Made by a program: the position numbers and the translations under genes | Notes under the pieces: generated by a model | What the model was told of the DNA's origin: nothing | Seen by the model: the letters and a program-made list of their open reading frames with translations, nothing else | The model's database searches: none | NCBI RefSeq assembly: GCF_000981445.1 | Contig: NC_027217.1 | Location: 124,001-188,000, forward strand | DNA length: 64,000 nt | Source of the DNA: Babesia bigemina | Taxonomy: Eukaryota | Reading direction: 5' to 3' | Shown here: positions 1 to 12,161 of the stretch, piece after piece | Layout: every line of letters begins with the position of its first letter | How positions within the stretch are numbered: position 1 is the stretch's first letter

Positions 1-1512
1 AGCGTGGCGTAAAGACTGGGCGTCTTCAGCACCTGCTTCACAACGACATCATGGTTCATCAGATACGTGAAGTCGCTCAGGACGAGCAGATAGAAGCTGC
101 AAAGCATACGCGCGCCAAATGGTGCCAGCGTACCTGAATAGCCGTCGGTCAAATCGCGGGAATTGCAGCGTGTCCAGGCGCCCATCACGCAGGTGGTGGT
201 CCAGCAGGCACTGCACGCATACCTCGAGGAATCCATTGTTCACCTCTCGGGTGGCAATGTGCGAGTATGTGAACAGCTGCACGGAAAGGTGGCTGAGGTG
301 CCATTCTGCGGCGTGTTAGCATTCATACAGCGGTGACACCAACCTTCCGGTTCCCTGTACGGCTCCACAATATCCCCGTAATGCTGCACCTGCGACGCGA
401 TGGCAGGCGCGGTTACGCCAACGTACGTATACTTTCGAAAATAGCACCTTGAACGCCATCGACGTGACCATGGTCAGGTATAGCGAGTTCAACGTTTTGC
501 GCACATCCGAGGAGAGCAGCTGGTGCTTCCTGACCCAGACCGTGAGGTCCTCCTCCAGCATCACCTCGTAAAACGCGTACCTAAACGCAGGCGTGACCTT
601 GAGCAGGTCGTCCAGTAACGTCAGAAGCAGCAAGAAGAACGACTCCTCAACAGGGTCGAGGTTCCGCATGTAGGCAGTGATGGCCGCGCATATCTGCCGC
701 AGCGTGTCTCTCAGACGCGCCAAAAACTCGGGGCTGAAGAGATCCAGCAGCCGGCATTCGTCCGCCATGGTGAGCGGCGAGTTGTGCTTGGAGCAGGATC
801 CGCTGGGGTCCCACGAACCGTTGTCGCCGCAGTCGCAGCAGCCCCCCGACGTCCTCGTCAGCCTGTACTTGTGCCCATCGTGGTTCGACCTGAAGAAGCA
901 GCTGACGCATATTGCGCACGTGCTGTCCGACTCGCAATCGTAACACTTGAAGGCGATGGTCTCCTCCAGCCACTTGGTGGTGCAGAGTCCGGTGTTACCT
1001 GCCGACATGTGTAAAAGCGTAAAACAGCGTGGAAAAAACAGACGCACCACACAACATGCCACTGTATGTGCCCGACTGATCCAAAAGCGCAAATCGTGTC
1101 TCGGCGGACCGGCACCGCTGCATTTGCAGCAGTGTCTGCTTTTGCACCTTTAGACAGCGACGCACCTCGACTGCAGCACAAACACATATCGCATACTCAC
1201 GCACAATCCTCTACACCGTGCCAGCCGTGCTCACCTGTATACTCGATGATCAGCTGGTTGGCCTTGTGCGGGTTGCAGTTGGCATATAGGTATCCGTATA
1301 TCTCCTGGTACACGCGGTCCCGATCGTGGTTATCGAAGTACTCCTCGCCGAGGGCGCGCACGTCCAGCGTGCTGTTTGAGGAGCTGGCGCAGTGGCGCTT
1401 CACCCCCGACGTAGGCGTCATCTCGACGCCCGTGTTGACAGCAGAGGTCAGCGGAAGCGCATCCGTGCGCCAATACCGTAAACTGCCGACTAATTCGGCA
1501 CGTTGCTGCTAC
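1..1512 (-). CDS. UBR-box (N-recognin zinc finger) E3 ubiquitin ligase, multi-exon, runs off the left edge; 5' start not resolved
   Basis: ORF 316..1092 contains CTTKW..AFKCYDC..DSTCAICVSCF..NHDGHKY......GGCCDCGD..SW...GSCSKH, the UBR-box pattern. Further coding-like segments at 1197-1512 and below 316 are separated by GT-AG introns. Confidence 0.85.
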
Positions 1513-2716
1513 AGAATTGCCCGTTCTACGGCAGCATTGCCCAGTTCCTGCTTGTTTTGACACTCGCTTCAACAAGGGTGTGTTAAGCGTGCTCCGAGAC
1601 GTGCAGTTATCAATCCGCTTTGTGCTTGCGATACGGAGCTTTGATCGCGCGTAAATATCGGGGCTGTACCACAGGTGCCAACCTGCGCAGCGCAACGCCG
1701 GAAGCTACAATGCATACGCCTGGCGGATGAGACAGAACGGCAGTTGCAGGTATCGCCAAAAGAAGCCCTATTAACTGCAAATCGACGGATGTAAGCTTAA
1801 TTGTGCTGTATGAACGCAGAAGGCTATGTGATTAGGGTGTGGGTGCGATACCACCCAAAACTCCATCTGCCGGTGACACGCGCGCTATAGACCGCTGGGC
1901 CGCTTTACAAGCGATATCAAGCGCCGCAATTCGAATATGCAGATGCATTCCCACTATGGCGGAGCGTCTAATAAACACATGTCAGACCGATAGTTTGCTA
2001 GATGCGCGCGGTAGCGCTTGTCTCTCCAAAAGGGAGCCAAACAACGCAAACCAACCATACGCGCATCATCTTCTACACGTTTATAAGCGCCAAATATTGC
2101 GCTAGCGCTAAACATAGCCAGATGTGTGGTTTCAGACACCGTATGCGTCGCTACGCTGCACTAGGGCCTACGCGACGAGTCGTCGGGCCACAACTCTACC
2201 CTGCATTCCGCCGAGCCGACCTCACTATTATGAAAAAACGTTTGTAAGGGCGTTGTTTAGGCCAAAGTATTTGGTTGTATTGTATGTCCGTTGCGCAGCG
2301 TCGTTTACAGGCTATCTCAATTGTTGTTACGCTGCCCCGCACCTCAGGAGGCGCGCCATCACTTTTCGGGTAGTGGTGAGCTACCTGTGTCGTTGCGTAC
2401 TGTGCAAAGTGCGCCAATCACGTGTCAATGGAGCGGCTTTCCATCTAGAGCCGTCTACGCGCCGACTGGGAGCTACAACGCTCGCACAAAGCCATCCAAA
2501 CCACTGTTGCCACAGTTGGCGGAGAATTGTGGCGGTATAATAGTTATCTGGAGAATCAAGGTCACACCTATGCGATTGGCAGAGGGTCTGCCGTCTATCG
2601 CCTGAGAGGTTCAGAAGCGCCTGTATCCCGTCTCCTTTGCGCGCCTGTTTGCGGTCTAGGCACTGCTTTGTAGTTTGTAACTGTCAGGGGATATATTAAC
2701 CGACCAGTCTTCGGGA

Positions 2717-5700
2717 ATGCCCGGGCGACAAGGGCAACATCACCGGAAGCGATCCACGATGTGGTTCCAACTCTTGAAGAACGGCAACAGCGATAAGGAA
2801 CGCCTTCAAGGCTGCTCGCGGCGGTTCGACAGCAATGAGTTGGAGGTGCTGCATAAGCTCTATAAGGAGCTGGCCAGCCGGTCGCAGACCAGCGGGATCG
2901 ACAAGGAGACGTTCCTGCAGTACTTCGACCTCCCCGGGCTATGGGGAGAGCGACTGTTTCGGCACTTCGATACGAACGACTCGGGGGATGTGGAACTTGC
3001 AGAGTTCCTCTCGGGCGTCGCGGCGTGCTGCAGGGGCACCCACACGGAGAAGATCACGGTGCTGTTCCGCATGTTCGACCTCAACGAAGATGGGCGCGTG
3101 CAGAAGTCAGAGCTGTTGGCGATGCTGTCGAACTTCCCCGTCATGACCAGCAACATGACCAAGTGCTCGCAGCGCCAGCTGTCCAACCAGAGCACCGTCA
3201 TACCCTCGAGCCTGCCCTCCGCGCCGCGGTCGGGCGGAACCACGAAGCGTTCGGTGGGCGTGGAGAAGCTCAATTCGTACGTCAGCAACATCAGCGAGTC
3301 CAAGTGCATAGTGCCGGGTTTCCACGAGCCGATGATAGTGAAAAGGACCGAACCGGGTCCAACGGCGTGGAAGGACGTGGCCTCGTCGCTCAGCAGGCTA
3401 TCGCTGCAGTCGCGGGGGTCCATCGAGTTCCAGTCTAGTATGGACATATCGGCGAGAGAGTTACCAGACTCGCCGAGACCAAACGACGCTTTGGCAAAGG
3501 AGTTGTTAGGAAAGAAGAAAGTGAATGGCACCACGCAATCTAGGCCCGAGTCGGGGCGCTCACAAAATTCTGGTCTTGTTGATCGGCTATCCAGTGTAGT
3601 CGCGCTTCGCGACGGCAAACCGGACGTGGATCCTTCTTATGGCAGCAGCACCAGGGAATCCGGTCAAAGCTCACCTTCCATCCACCGCGGCGACGGTGGC
3701 GCTGCCCCTGAGCAAAGTGACCCGTGTCCTGCTGGGGAGGACGACAAGCTGGTAAATAAAACTGTGTCGGACCTGAAAAGCACGGGGAAGGACGTGTGCC
3801 GCGGCACAACGGAACGCGATGAGGCGGATGTATCGATCCAATCGCAGAGCATCCGAATGACGGACCTCCAGGATACCGACGAGTCCATCCTCGCAGCAAA
3901 CGCCATCATCGAGCAGGAGAGGCTCTCCTGCGGCGATAGCACCACCCTGGACATTTTGGTCGAGGATATACTGGAGGAATGCCAGTTCAGCGCGAACGGC
4001 AGCTTCGACTTCCCGGCGTTCAAGGCGTGGTTGTGCAAGAATAGTTCGGTGCTGTCTATGTTTTCCGAGTACCTGCACGAGGAGGTATGGGGACTACGGG
4101 GGAACGCGTTCATGACTTCGCGCGAAAACCACGCCCTGGCGCGTGGGGACGTAAATATGAGCCGCTACCCCTCTGTGCAGTACGAGCAAACTGACAATGA
4201 TCTGAGCGGCCGGACCGATCCAGAGCTCCCCGACAGAGTGGTGCAGCGCATGGTCTATCAGATGTTCCTCACTAACGGCAAGCAGTCGAGAGCGTTCGAA
4301 GACAGCATGTCGTCTCTGGGAAACGTGGTCAGTGATGAACTCCTGCAGTACGTCCAGCATGTCTCCACCGGCACTCCTACCGCGGCTGACGTCAAACCGA
4401 CCACGGCCGGCCACAATCCAGCTGACCAGAAAGCCGGTGCAAATCGCAGCAGCCCTCCAATGGCGGTATCAATCGGCAGGCAGCTGCTGTCGTGCCCCAA
4501 ATGTAAGACGCCGCTTTTCATGTGCCCGGTCTGCTTCAGGAGGCACGACGAACTGACACTACACATCAGCAACGAGGTCCACGTGGAGTGCAAGAACTGC
4601 TCGAAACAGGGCCAGATCACTGTGTTCACCTGCTGCTGGATCTGCAACTGGGATTTCACCGCGGCCGTGACTTTGGCGCTATCGGAGCTGCAGAAACGTG
4701 CCACCAACGTCGATCGGAAAGAGGGCTTGACTTCCCCGGTGGTCAAAGCAGCCTCAGCGCCCTGCACCGGCATTCTGCGTGAAAAGCGGAGGTCGCTGCT
4801 TCGGCCGACCATCAGCGTGTCGTGCAGCAGCAGCACATCCGACTCACAGAGCGAAATCAACAGTATCGATGACCCGGGCGAAGCGCATCGCAGCACAGCA
4901 GAGTGGCCGCAGCCTGTGGTCAAGATGCCGCAGAAGGTTGGCTACATGTACAAGCGGGGGAGGCATTTCTACACCTGGGAAAAGCGGTACTACATGCTCA
5001 TCGACAACGTGCTGTACTACTACGTCAGTGAGGACAGCACCACGCCCAGAGGATGCATCTTCCTGGAGGGGTGCTACCTCGACTCACTGGCAGACAGCGA
5101 CGTGTCGAACATGTTCGGCTTCTGCATTTGCCATAAGGGGCAAAAAACAACGCGCCGCAAGCTCTACGCGCAAACCCAGGAGGATTTCGTGCAGTGGGTG
5201 GACGCGCTTTCGGCCGCCATGAAGCAGCAAAGCCTCATGCAGATGTACACCGTGTGCGAGCAGCTGGGGCACGGCAAGTTCAGCGTGGTCTACCGCGCCA
5301 TCAACAACAGCTCCGGCGAGGAGTTCGCCGTGAAGATCGTGGACAAGACCCGAATCAGCCAGCAGGAGCGCGAGCTGCTGCGTAGCGAGATTGCCATCCT
5401 GCGCCTGCTCAGACACCAGCACGTCATCTACCTCAAGGATGTGAGCGACATGCGCGACTCGCTGTACATCGTCATGGAGCTGGTTCGCGGCGGCGAACTG
5501 TACGACCTGATAACCCAGCGTCACCGCCTGTCGGAGGCGCACACTCACAAGATCATCTGCCAGCTGCTGCAGATCGTCGCGTACCTGCACAAGTGCGGCA
5601 TCATCCACCGCGACATCAAGCCGGAGAACATCCTGCTCACCGACAAAAGCGAGGCTGCGACCATCAAGCTCACGGACTTTGGGCTCTCCACGCTGTGCGG

Positions 5701-6214
5701 CCCGAACGAGCTGCTGACGCAGCCCTGCGGGACCCTGGCGTACGTTGCTCCGGAGGTCCTGACGCTGCAGGGATACAACCAGAAGGCTGATGTCTGGTCT
5801 GTCGGCGTGATCATGTACCTGCTGCTGCGAGGAAGGCTGCCCTTCTCCATAAAGCAGCCGCTCACCCTTGACCTGATCGGCCACTACCGCGTCCGTTTCG
5901 ACGGGCGCCAGTGGGACTCAGTGTCCACCTGCGCCAAGGACCTCATTTCCAAAATGCTGCAGCCCAACCCGGCGGCGCGCATAAGCGTGTTCGAGGCGCT
6001 GGAGCACATCTGGGTGAGCAACTTCGTGGCGGTGAACCACGACGAGGTGTACACCGGCGTGGGGGAAATCGAGACCACCAAGGAGCTCATGCGGTCGCTG
6101 CGCTACGCCACAGACACCACCTTGGTGATCCCGTACAGCGACAGCTGCGCCAACAACATCGATGCGCTGGAGGCGGAGGAAGCCGAGGGTGGGCTGACCA
6201 CCGTCCACGAGTGA
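2717..6214 (+). CDS. CDPK7: Calcium-dependent protein kinase 7-like (N-terminal EF-hands, Cys-rich segment, PH domain, C-terminal Ser/Thr kinase)
   Basis: EF loops DTNDSGDVELAE and DLNEDGRVQKSE; PH domain (KVGYMYKRG..WEKRYY..PRGCIFL..WVDAL); kinase motifs GHGKFS, FAVK, HRDIKPEN, DFG, APE. The EF-PH-kinase order is characteristic of apicomplexan CDPK7. Single ORF; an alternative ATG lies at 2759. Confidence 0.9.
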   Translation: MPGRQGQHHRKRSTMWFQLLKNGNSDKERLQGCSRRFDSNELEVLHKLYKELASRSQTSGIDKETFLQYFDLPGLWGERLFRHFDTNDSGDVELAEFLSGVAACCRGTHTEKITVLFRMFDLNEDGRVQKSELLAMLSNFPVMTSNMTKCSQRQLSNQSTVIPSSLPSAPRSGGTTKRSVGVEKLNSYVSNISESKCIVPGFHEPMIVKRTEPGPTAWKDVASSLSRLSLQSRGSIEFQSSMDISARELPDSPRPNDALAKELLGKKKVNGTTQSRPESGRSQNSGLVDRLSSVVALRDGKPDVDPSYGSSTRESGQSSPSIHRGDGGAAPEQSDPCPAGEDDKLVNKTVSDLKSTGKDVCRGTTERDEADVSIQSQSIRMTDLQDTDESILAANAIIEQERLSCGDSTTLDILVEDILEECQFSANGSFDFPAFKAWLCKNSSVLSMFSEYLHEEVWGLRGNAFMTSRENHALARGDVNMSRYPSVQYEQTDNDLSGRTDPELPDRVVQRMVYQMFLTNGKQSRAFEDSMSSLGNVVSDELLQYVQHVSTGTPTAADVKPTTAGHNPADQKAGANRSSPPMAVSIGRQLLSCPKCKTPLFMCPVCFRRHDELTLHISNEVHVECKNCSKQGQITVFTCCWICNWDFTAAVTLALSELQKRATNVDRKEGLTSPVVKAASAPCTGILREKRRSLLRPTISVSCSSSTSDSQSEINSIDDPGEAHRSTAEWPQPVVKMPQKVGYMYKRGRHFYTWEKRYYMLIDNVLYYYVSEDSTTPRGCIFLEGCYLDSLADSDVSNMFGFCICHKGQKTTRRKLYAQTQEDFVQWVDALSAAMKQQSLMQMYTVCEQLGHGKFSVVYRAINNSSGEEFAVKIVDKTRISQQERELLRSEIAILRLLRHQHVIYLKDVSDMRDSLYIVMELVRGGELYDLITQRHRLSEAHTHKIICQLLQIVAYLHKCGIIHRDIKPENILLTDKSEAATIKLTDFGLSTLCGPNELLTQPCGTLAYVAPEVLTLQGYNQKADVWSVGVIMYLLLRGRLPFSIKQPLTLDLIGHYRVRFDGRQWDSVSTCAKDLISKMLQPNPAARISVFEALEHIWVSNFVAVNHDEVYTGVGEIETTKELMRSLRYATDTTLVIPYSDSCANNIDALEAEEAEGGLTTVHE

Positions 6215-7702
6215 TGGCGAAGCGCTCCCGCGGGCCGGGGCTCCTGGAGCTTCCGCGAGGGCCGCTGAGGCACCTCGTGTCAATGGACCCCGCGGGATTC
6301 GCGCCCGTCTGCCGCGAGCTGTACTCGCTGGCGGTGCTGGAGCGGCCTGAGGTCTGCGTGTCGCGTGGCATCCACCTCGGCGTCCGCTCCGAAAGGCTGC
6401 TCAACACAGTTTTCAAGTATGTAGTCGTCGTTGCTTTTCATGTGGCGTAGATGTGTGCGCGTGCGCCTGCTCGATGTGTCCGGCTGGGAGCGCTGGAACG
6501 ACCGTCTTGTGCAGCGTCTGGCTCTGTGCCACCGCATGGGCCAGTTCCGCTGTCTACGCGCCCTGCTGATGCGCGGCTGCAACGAGGTGTCCAACAGCGC
6601 CGTCAGCGGGCTGCTGGAAGCACTGGGCGGCGAGTTGCGGTACCTCGACCTTAGCGACTGCGCCAAGCTGGGATTTGCATGTCTTCCACCCACGCTTGTC
6701 AACCTGAAGGTACGCTTAAATAAGCTCATGGGTTGTATACTAGATGGTATTGACCGTGCGATGATAGTTGCTGACTGCGCTGCTTGGATTCGCGGCCTCT
6801 TTTCAGCGACTGGTAGCCTGGTGGTACAAACGATCGTGCTGCGGTTCCGCGCGGAGGCACTTATGCGGGAAGTACAAATGCAATATCACGTATCCTTTTG
6901 TATGTTAGTGCCGGTAGTTTGCATGCTGCGGTGTTAGATAATCTCACGGCATGTATGCAGGTGCTCCTGATAGGGTACCAGCGCAAACGCGGGAGCATCG
7001 CGGATGGCGACTTGCTGGCCCACATCGTGGGAGGAAGGCGCCTAGTTGCGCCGCGTCTGGAGTGGCTCTCGCTGCAGAACAGGCTCGAAGTCAAATCGCT
7101 GCGGGGGATCGGACGCCTGGCCCCTACCCTGAGGGTGCTGGATCTGCGCGGGTGCAGCGAAATACCTGCAGACGAGTACACGCACTGCGCGTCGTTGCCG
7201 CGACTGGAGGAACTTTACGCGGGCACTGCGCTAACTAGCGAGGTGTTGTGCAATATCGCAAAGGGCTGCCCTGCCCTCAGGGTGCTTGACGTGTCGGGCT
7301 CGGACGTCTCCCCGGACTGCGTCAACGCCATATGCAGCAATCTAAAGGCTCTGGAGAAGCTCAAGCTTACGAAGTGCACGGCGCTCACCAACCAAGGCGT
7401 TGGCCGACTGCTCGAAGCGCTGCCCGCGCTGAGCCTGCTGGACGTGTCGCACTGCTGGAAACTCTCAGACTCCCTGGCAAACGCCCTGCCGCCGATCGCG
7501 TCGAAAGGTACGAACTGTACTATTCACTTATATTGTTCCAGCAGGCGAGTTAAGCTTGGGGGTTTACAACTGCTCGATCGACCACACACGCCTGGCAATG
7601 GCGATGGAGGACCGGCGTGCCCCGACATCTGGTGCGGTTCGCATTTTGCGCCACCAGGAGTTAAATGTCGTCCCATCAGCGTCGAAGCACCTTAGAGAGT
7701 AG
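6214..7702 (+). CDS. F-box-like / leucine-rich-repeat protein, multi-exon
   Basis: ATG 6214 gives MAKRSRGPGLLELPRGPLRHLVS (F-box-like LxxLP). Intron 6417-6450 splices in frame to LRRs (LRYLDLSDCAKL, LRVLDLRGCSEI, LRVLDVSGSDV, LSLLDVSHCWKL). The last exon, after an intron at ~7508-7544, ends at TAG 7700-7702. Internal exons at 6710-6960 are not fully resolved. Confidence 0.75.
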
Positions 7703-9673
7703 CACGGCAGCTACAAGGAGGAGCAGCGTCGACCAAAAGATCCCCAGCTTGTACGTCGGATTGGCCCTGCGACGGCATGGTGCCACGACATAAAGTGAAC
7801 CTACTGTAATTGTAGAACGCAGCTGTCTCCAGCGTGCACGAATATATCGGCCACTTCAACCAGGCGCGTAAGCGGGTCTGTGAAACGTTGAACGAAAGCC
7901 GGGCCACGTGGCGCCCATGCAACAACCACCTACCACGCATGGTGTACCACCGCCACTTCTCATCGTTGCTGGCGACCACTAGTCGCGCGTAGAACAACGA
8001 GGTGGTCTCCACCTCCTCGGACGTGGGGTCGTCACCGACAACCATTAAATTGGAAAACTGCGACGTGAAGAGACGCCGTGCCCCGGCACTGCAGTCCTGC
8101 AGCTGCCGTCGTGCAATTATCGCGCACAGCTGCAGCAGCTGGCAGCACAACCGATAGCGGTCCATATCGGTCAGCGCTTTGCCAGCCAATGCCTTGGTGT
8201 CATTGAATTCGGGCACCAGCGATTCCCGGGAAATCGACTTCTGCGTGACCGCGTGCTGCAGACGGATCAGAGCCTCCGACTCATTTTGCTCCTGGGAGTA
8301 GGGGAAAATGAAGTCGTCCCGCATTATACGGTACATACTGGTGAACCACCCGTGCCCGCTGCTGACCGCGGTGCCCACCGACTCCACGCGCTCAACGCCC
8401 TTCGCACGCACCGTGAACGGCGTGTGGTCATCCGCTGCGGCGGTGCCCAACTCCGTATTGACAATCTTCGCAAGCGCGCCGTATTGAGTATTTTGGCCAT
8501 CATCGCATAGCACGAGCAGCATGCCTCCTCGGCTCTGCGGGGATTATGCGGCGCAACGCACGTTGCACCCACCATTGAAAACTGCAGCAACTGGGTCACG
8601 TCCGACGTTCTCATTACGAAGGAAGTTTCTTCTCCGCGGAACATCTGCATTAAACTGTTTGTGCGAAGTAAGATGGCTTACCGGCGGGTTCCGCCGGTTG
8701 CAATATAGCACGGGCAGGTACCCCTCGCCGTCGAAGCGCTGCTCGCCGCAACGACGACGGAAGCGCGCCTCCTCCGCCTGCGCAGTGGCGAGGTTCTCGG
8801 CCTCACGCTCGCGCACTTCGTTGACGAACAGTTCAGTGATCGCCTGCATAAGCAGCGTGTTGGGAGCGTACTCCATGCACAGCGCCGCACGGCAAATTGG
8901 GCATTTCGAACTGTACGCTGTGACCTACAGAACCATGAGCACGGGTTTATACTGCAGTTGAGTGGAATGTACGCCTATTGCGATAGCAAATTATTACAGC
9001 CGTTTGCTAACCTGGTCCACGCAGGCCTTGCAGAAGTTGTGGCCACATACTGTCGTCACCGGCCGGAAGAGCAGCTTAAAACAGATCTGTAACGAATTGA
9101 GGTCATATTTTAATGGCTTAGTAGATAATAACTAGATGCAATATGCAGGAAAGTGTAGCGACAATGCGTGGAATTGGTGCGTATGTAACAGCGGGGCAAA
9201 GGCTGCAATGTAGGTGATCGGACGCAACTTGTAGACTTGACTGTTGTCTAAACAACCACACCCAACACGGTTTCCAAGCCTTCATACAACATAATAAACG
9301 CTCTGGCAAGTAGTACTTTGGCGCCGTAATCTAACACTCATCAGGCGTAGCGTTACGGAGGCCATCCGGTGATGCATTCATCGGCGGTCAAACCGTCGCT
9401 ACAAAACTGCACTGCACAATAGAGGCTGGACAGCACACTGACACCAATCTCAAACGAATGGTTACACCCGTTACACAACAAGATTCTATGCAGCGTGTCC
9501 ACATATCGAACAATATTGCATCGACTTCCACCGGCAGCAAGGAATCCGCGTCCCGGATCTCTGGGAAGAGCACGGCACCAGAGCACACACTTGGCGCAAA
9601 GGACACACATTGCTACTAAATGAACGATGTGTGGGCTTCTTACCGGACATTCGAAGTCCTTCAGGAGACTCAT
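7692..9673 (-). CDS. C3HC4 RING finger protein with probable LON N-terminal-like domain (LONRF-like), multi-exon; may extend further 5'
   Basis: Exons give DFECP|ICFKLLFRPVTTVCGHNFCKACVDQ|...KCPICRAAL. A 27-nt GT-AG intron (8535-8561) joins ORF 8544..8876 in frame to ORF 7692..8522 (FNGGCN|SRGGMLLVL). The LON-like assignment is by motif resemblance only. Confidence 0.7.
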
Positions 9674-10402
9674 CTTTAACAGATTCCCATCGACGCGTTG
9701 TCTGAGGGAGCGACGTCAGGACGCGCCTCGGAGGCGTTGACTTCGACGAAACACAACTAAGTTTTGCTGTAACGTCCAGTGACATTATTTGAGTGACGGC
9801 GATCGCTACCGTTCTGCAAAGCGCCCCGCCCCCGGCATCCCAACGCCGTGGCCCATCCGACACTTAACCAGTAGACAGAAAGTCTTCAACATCAGGGACA
9901 GCCACAAGAACGTTGCTTTTATTATGTAAGTTTCCATCTGAGTTTGTTTTGGGGGCGTTTTAGACGTGGTTGCGCCGCAACAGCTGAGTCTGATGGCCAC
10001 GGCGTAAGTGGCACGATGCGCTTCCAAATAGCCAGCTGCATTACCTCGATTTTCGTAACCCATTTTTGTGGTTTTGTGGAGGCTGGTTTGGGCGCGTGTA
10101 ACCGACAGGCGTTCTCTGTCTACAGGGACCATGCTGACTTGTGGGCGCTTGCAACATTCGAAACGAAATTAGCGTTGTTGCGGTGCACTGTATGACGGCG
10201 TTAGGTAGCGTGTGTGCAAGGTCATGTCAAATTCATGCGATTGTGCCGGTGTCTAACGCAGACGCGGTGTCGCCTGTGACCAGCTAATGCGCCTTTTGAC
10301 ATTAGTGATATCTATCGATATGGCCTTTCTGCACAACGTGTAAATGAGCTTTGTATATAGTCGAGGGTGTAATTGAACGCAGATTGTTAGCAAGCTCTCA
10401 AG

Positions 10403-12043
10403 ATGGCTGACGGCGGCATTAACCACGCCCCCAAGTCGACCTTCACCTTCAATGTCAATGCCGCGGAATTCACGCCCAGCGGATCCTGGTACAACTACGA
10501 CCAGCAGGAGGAGAAGGAAAAGGAGCAGGAGATGGAGAAGGAGGTGACGGAAAAGTTGGAGACTCTCAACGTCAACGAAGGGGAGCCAGCCCCCGAGGAA
10601 ACGGAAGCCGTAATCGCAGAAGTGGCGGAGGAGAAGCCAGCACCACCAACGGAAGCGAAGGAGTTGTCGACGAAGAAGAAGGGAGGTCCGACCGACTCGG
10701 GAGTACCCCCGCCAGACCCGAGGCAGCACCTCAACATCGTCTTCATCGGACACATCGACGCCGGCAAGTCGACCACCTGTGGTAACATCCTCTACCTCAC
10801 CGGATACGTGGACGAGCGCACCATCGAAAAGTATGAGCGCGAGGCCAAGGACAGGAACCGTGAGAGCTGGTTCCTTGCCTTCATTATGGACACCAACGAG
10901 GAGGAGCGCCAGAAAGGAAAAACCGTGGAAGTGGGGCAGGCCCGTATCGAAACCGCCAACAAAAGGTTCACGATTCTGGATGCACCCGGCCACAAGAACT
11001 ACGTGCCAAACATGATCTCGGGCGCCACACAGGCGGACTGCGGTGTCCTCATCCTGTCCGCCCGTAAGGGTGAGTTCGAAACCGGGTTCGACCGTGGAGG
11101 GCAGACACGCGAGCACACGTTGCTGGCCAAGACTCTCGGAGTGAGCCACCTCATTGTGGCCGTCAACAAGATGGACGACCACACCTGCGACTGGTCCGAG
11201 GCCAGGTACAACGAAGTGGTCCAGAAGCTTCGTCCTTTCCTCAAAACCTGCGGGTTTGTCGAGGGCCGTAACCTCAACTTCCTGCCGATATCGGGTCTCG
11301 TCGGCCAGAACCTCATGCACCACGTCTCAGACCCCTCGTACAAAGGGTACTGCCCCAAGGCCTCCTGGTACCCACAGACCATGCCGACCCTGTTCCAGCT
11401 CCTCGACGGCATAGACACGGCAGTTTTCGACGACAAGGCCGCGCTCCGTATCCCCGTCACCGGCGCCTACAGGGACAACGGTGTCATTTGCATGGGCAAG
11501 GTGGAGTCCGGTACCGTCACCTCAGGTCAAACGTGCATTGTCATGCCCCATAAGGTCAAGGTTAAGGTGCAAAACGTGCTGTTCGACGAAGAAGAGTTCG
11601 CCTACGCCAAGCCGGGTGAAAACATCAGGCTGCGCATCGTCGGACTTGACGAGGACCAGATCAGCAAGGGCGCCATCGTCTGTGACGTCGACAGGCCGTG
11701 CCCCGTGGTCACCGAGTTCATTGCCATGGTGCAAATCATCGACCTCCTCGAGCACAGGCCGCTCATCACCTCGGGGTACTTCTGCGTCATGCACGCGCAT
11801 AGTGTCGTCGTGGAGATGCAGTTCCACAAGCTGCTCGAGACCACCGACAAGGTGACCAAGAAGAAGAAGCTCAACCCCACCTTCGTGAAGAACAACACCC
11901 TCGTCACCGCCCACCTCAAGGTCTCGTCGCCCATCTGCCTCGAAGTCTTCGACACGTGCCAACAGCTGGGCAGGTTCACCGTGCGCGACGAGGACAAGAC
12001 TATCGCCGTGGGCAAGGTGCTCAAACTCCTCAACACGGAATGA
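10403..12043 (+). CDS. eRF3: Eukaryotic peptide chain release factor 3 (translational GTPase)
   Basis: GHIDAGKST, DAPGH and NKMD motifs; RESWFLAFIMDTNEEER..GKTVEVG; GRFTVRDEDKTIAVGKV; N-terminal PAM2-like motif FNVNAAEFTP. Confidence 0.95.
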   Translation: MADGGINHAPKSTFTFNVNAAEFTPSGSWYNYDQQEEKEKEQEMEKEVTEKLETLNVNEGEPAPEETEAVIAEVAEEKPAPPTEAKELSTKKKGGPTDSGVPPPDPRQHLNIVFIGHIDAGKSTTCGNILYLTGYVDERTIEKYEREAKDRNRESWFLAFIMDTNEEERQKGKTVEVGQARIETANKRFTILDAPGHKNYVPNMISGATQADCGVLILSARKGEFETGFDRGGQTREHTLLAKTLGVSHLIVAVNKMDDHTCDWSEARYNEVVQKLRPFLKTCGFVEGRNLNFLPISGLVGQNLMHHVSDPSYKGYCPKASWYPQTMPTLFQLLDGIDTAVFDDKAALRIPVTGAYRDNGVICMGKVESGTVTSGQTCIVMPHKVKVKVQNVLFDEEEFAYAKPGENIRLRIVGLDEDQISKGAIVCDVDRPCPVVTEFIAMVQIIDLLEHRPLITSGYFCVMHAHSVVVEMQFHKLLETTDKVTKKKKLNPTFVKNNTLVTAHLKVSSPICLEVFDTCQQLGRFTVRDEDKTIAVGKVLKLLNTE

Positions 12044-12161
12044 GCGAAAACCAAACGTGATAACTCACTGATAGAGTAACTACATTATGCGGCATCAGCG
12101 CCGTGAGGTTGCGATACTGGGTCACAAGGCGCGCTTTGGCATACGCACGGGCGGAGCGCGC

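Noticed and set aside
2860..5884. Long antisense/alternate-frame ORFs over CDPK7 (also over eRF3, DHFR-TS and 59.7-61.6 kb)
   Set aside because: Expected shadows of GC3-rich coding sequence; no recognisable motifs.
6120..6214. Calicivirus-type TURBS (UGGGA) upstream of the stop/start overlaps
   Set aside because: No TGGGA within ~90 nt upstream of any of the three junctions. TGGGC occurs but at inconsistent distances in GC-rich DNA.
7692..8522. 276-aa ORF as a separate gene 21 bp behind the RING ORF
   Set aside because: A GT-AG intron at 8535-8561 joins them in frame, giving a LONRF-like architecture, so it was not counted as a coupled pair.
10403..12043. eRF3 next to a stop/start-overlap pair as a functional link
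   Set aside because: Adjacency alone; eRF3 is a universal housekeeping gene and is convergent to the pair.
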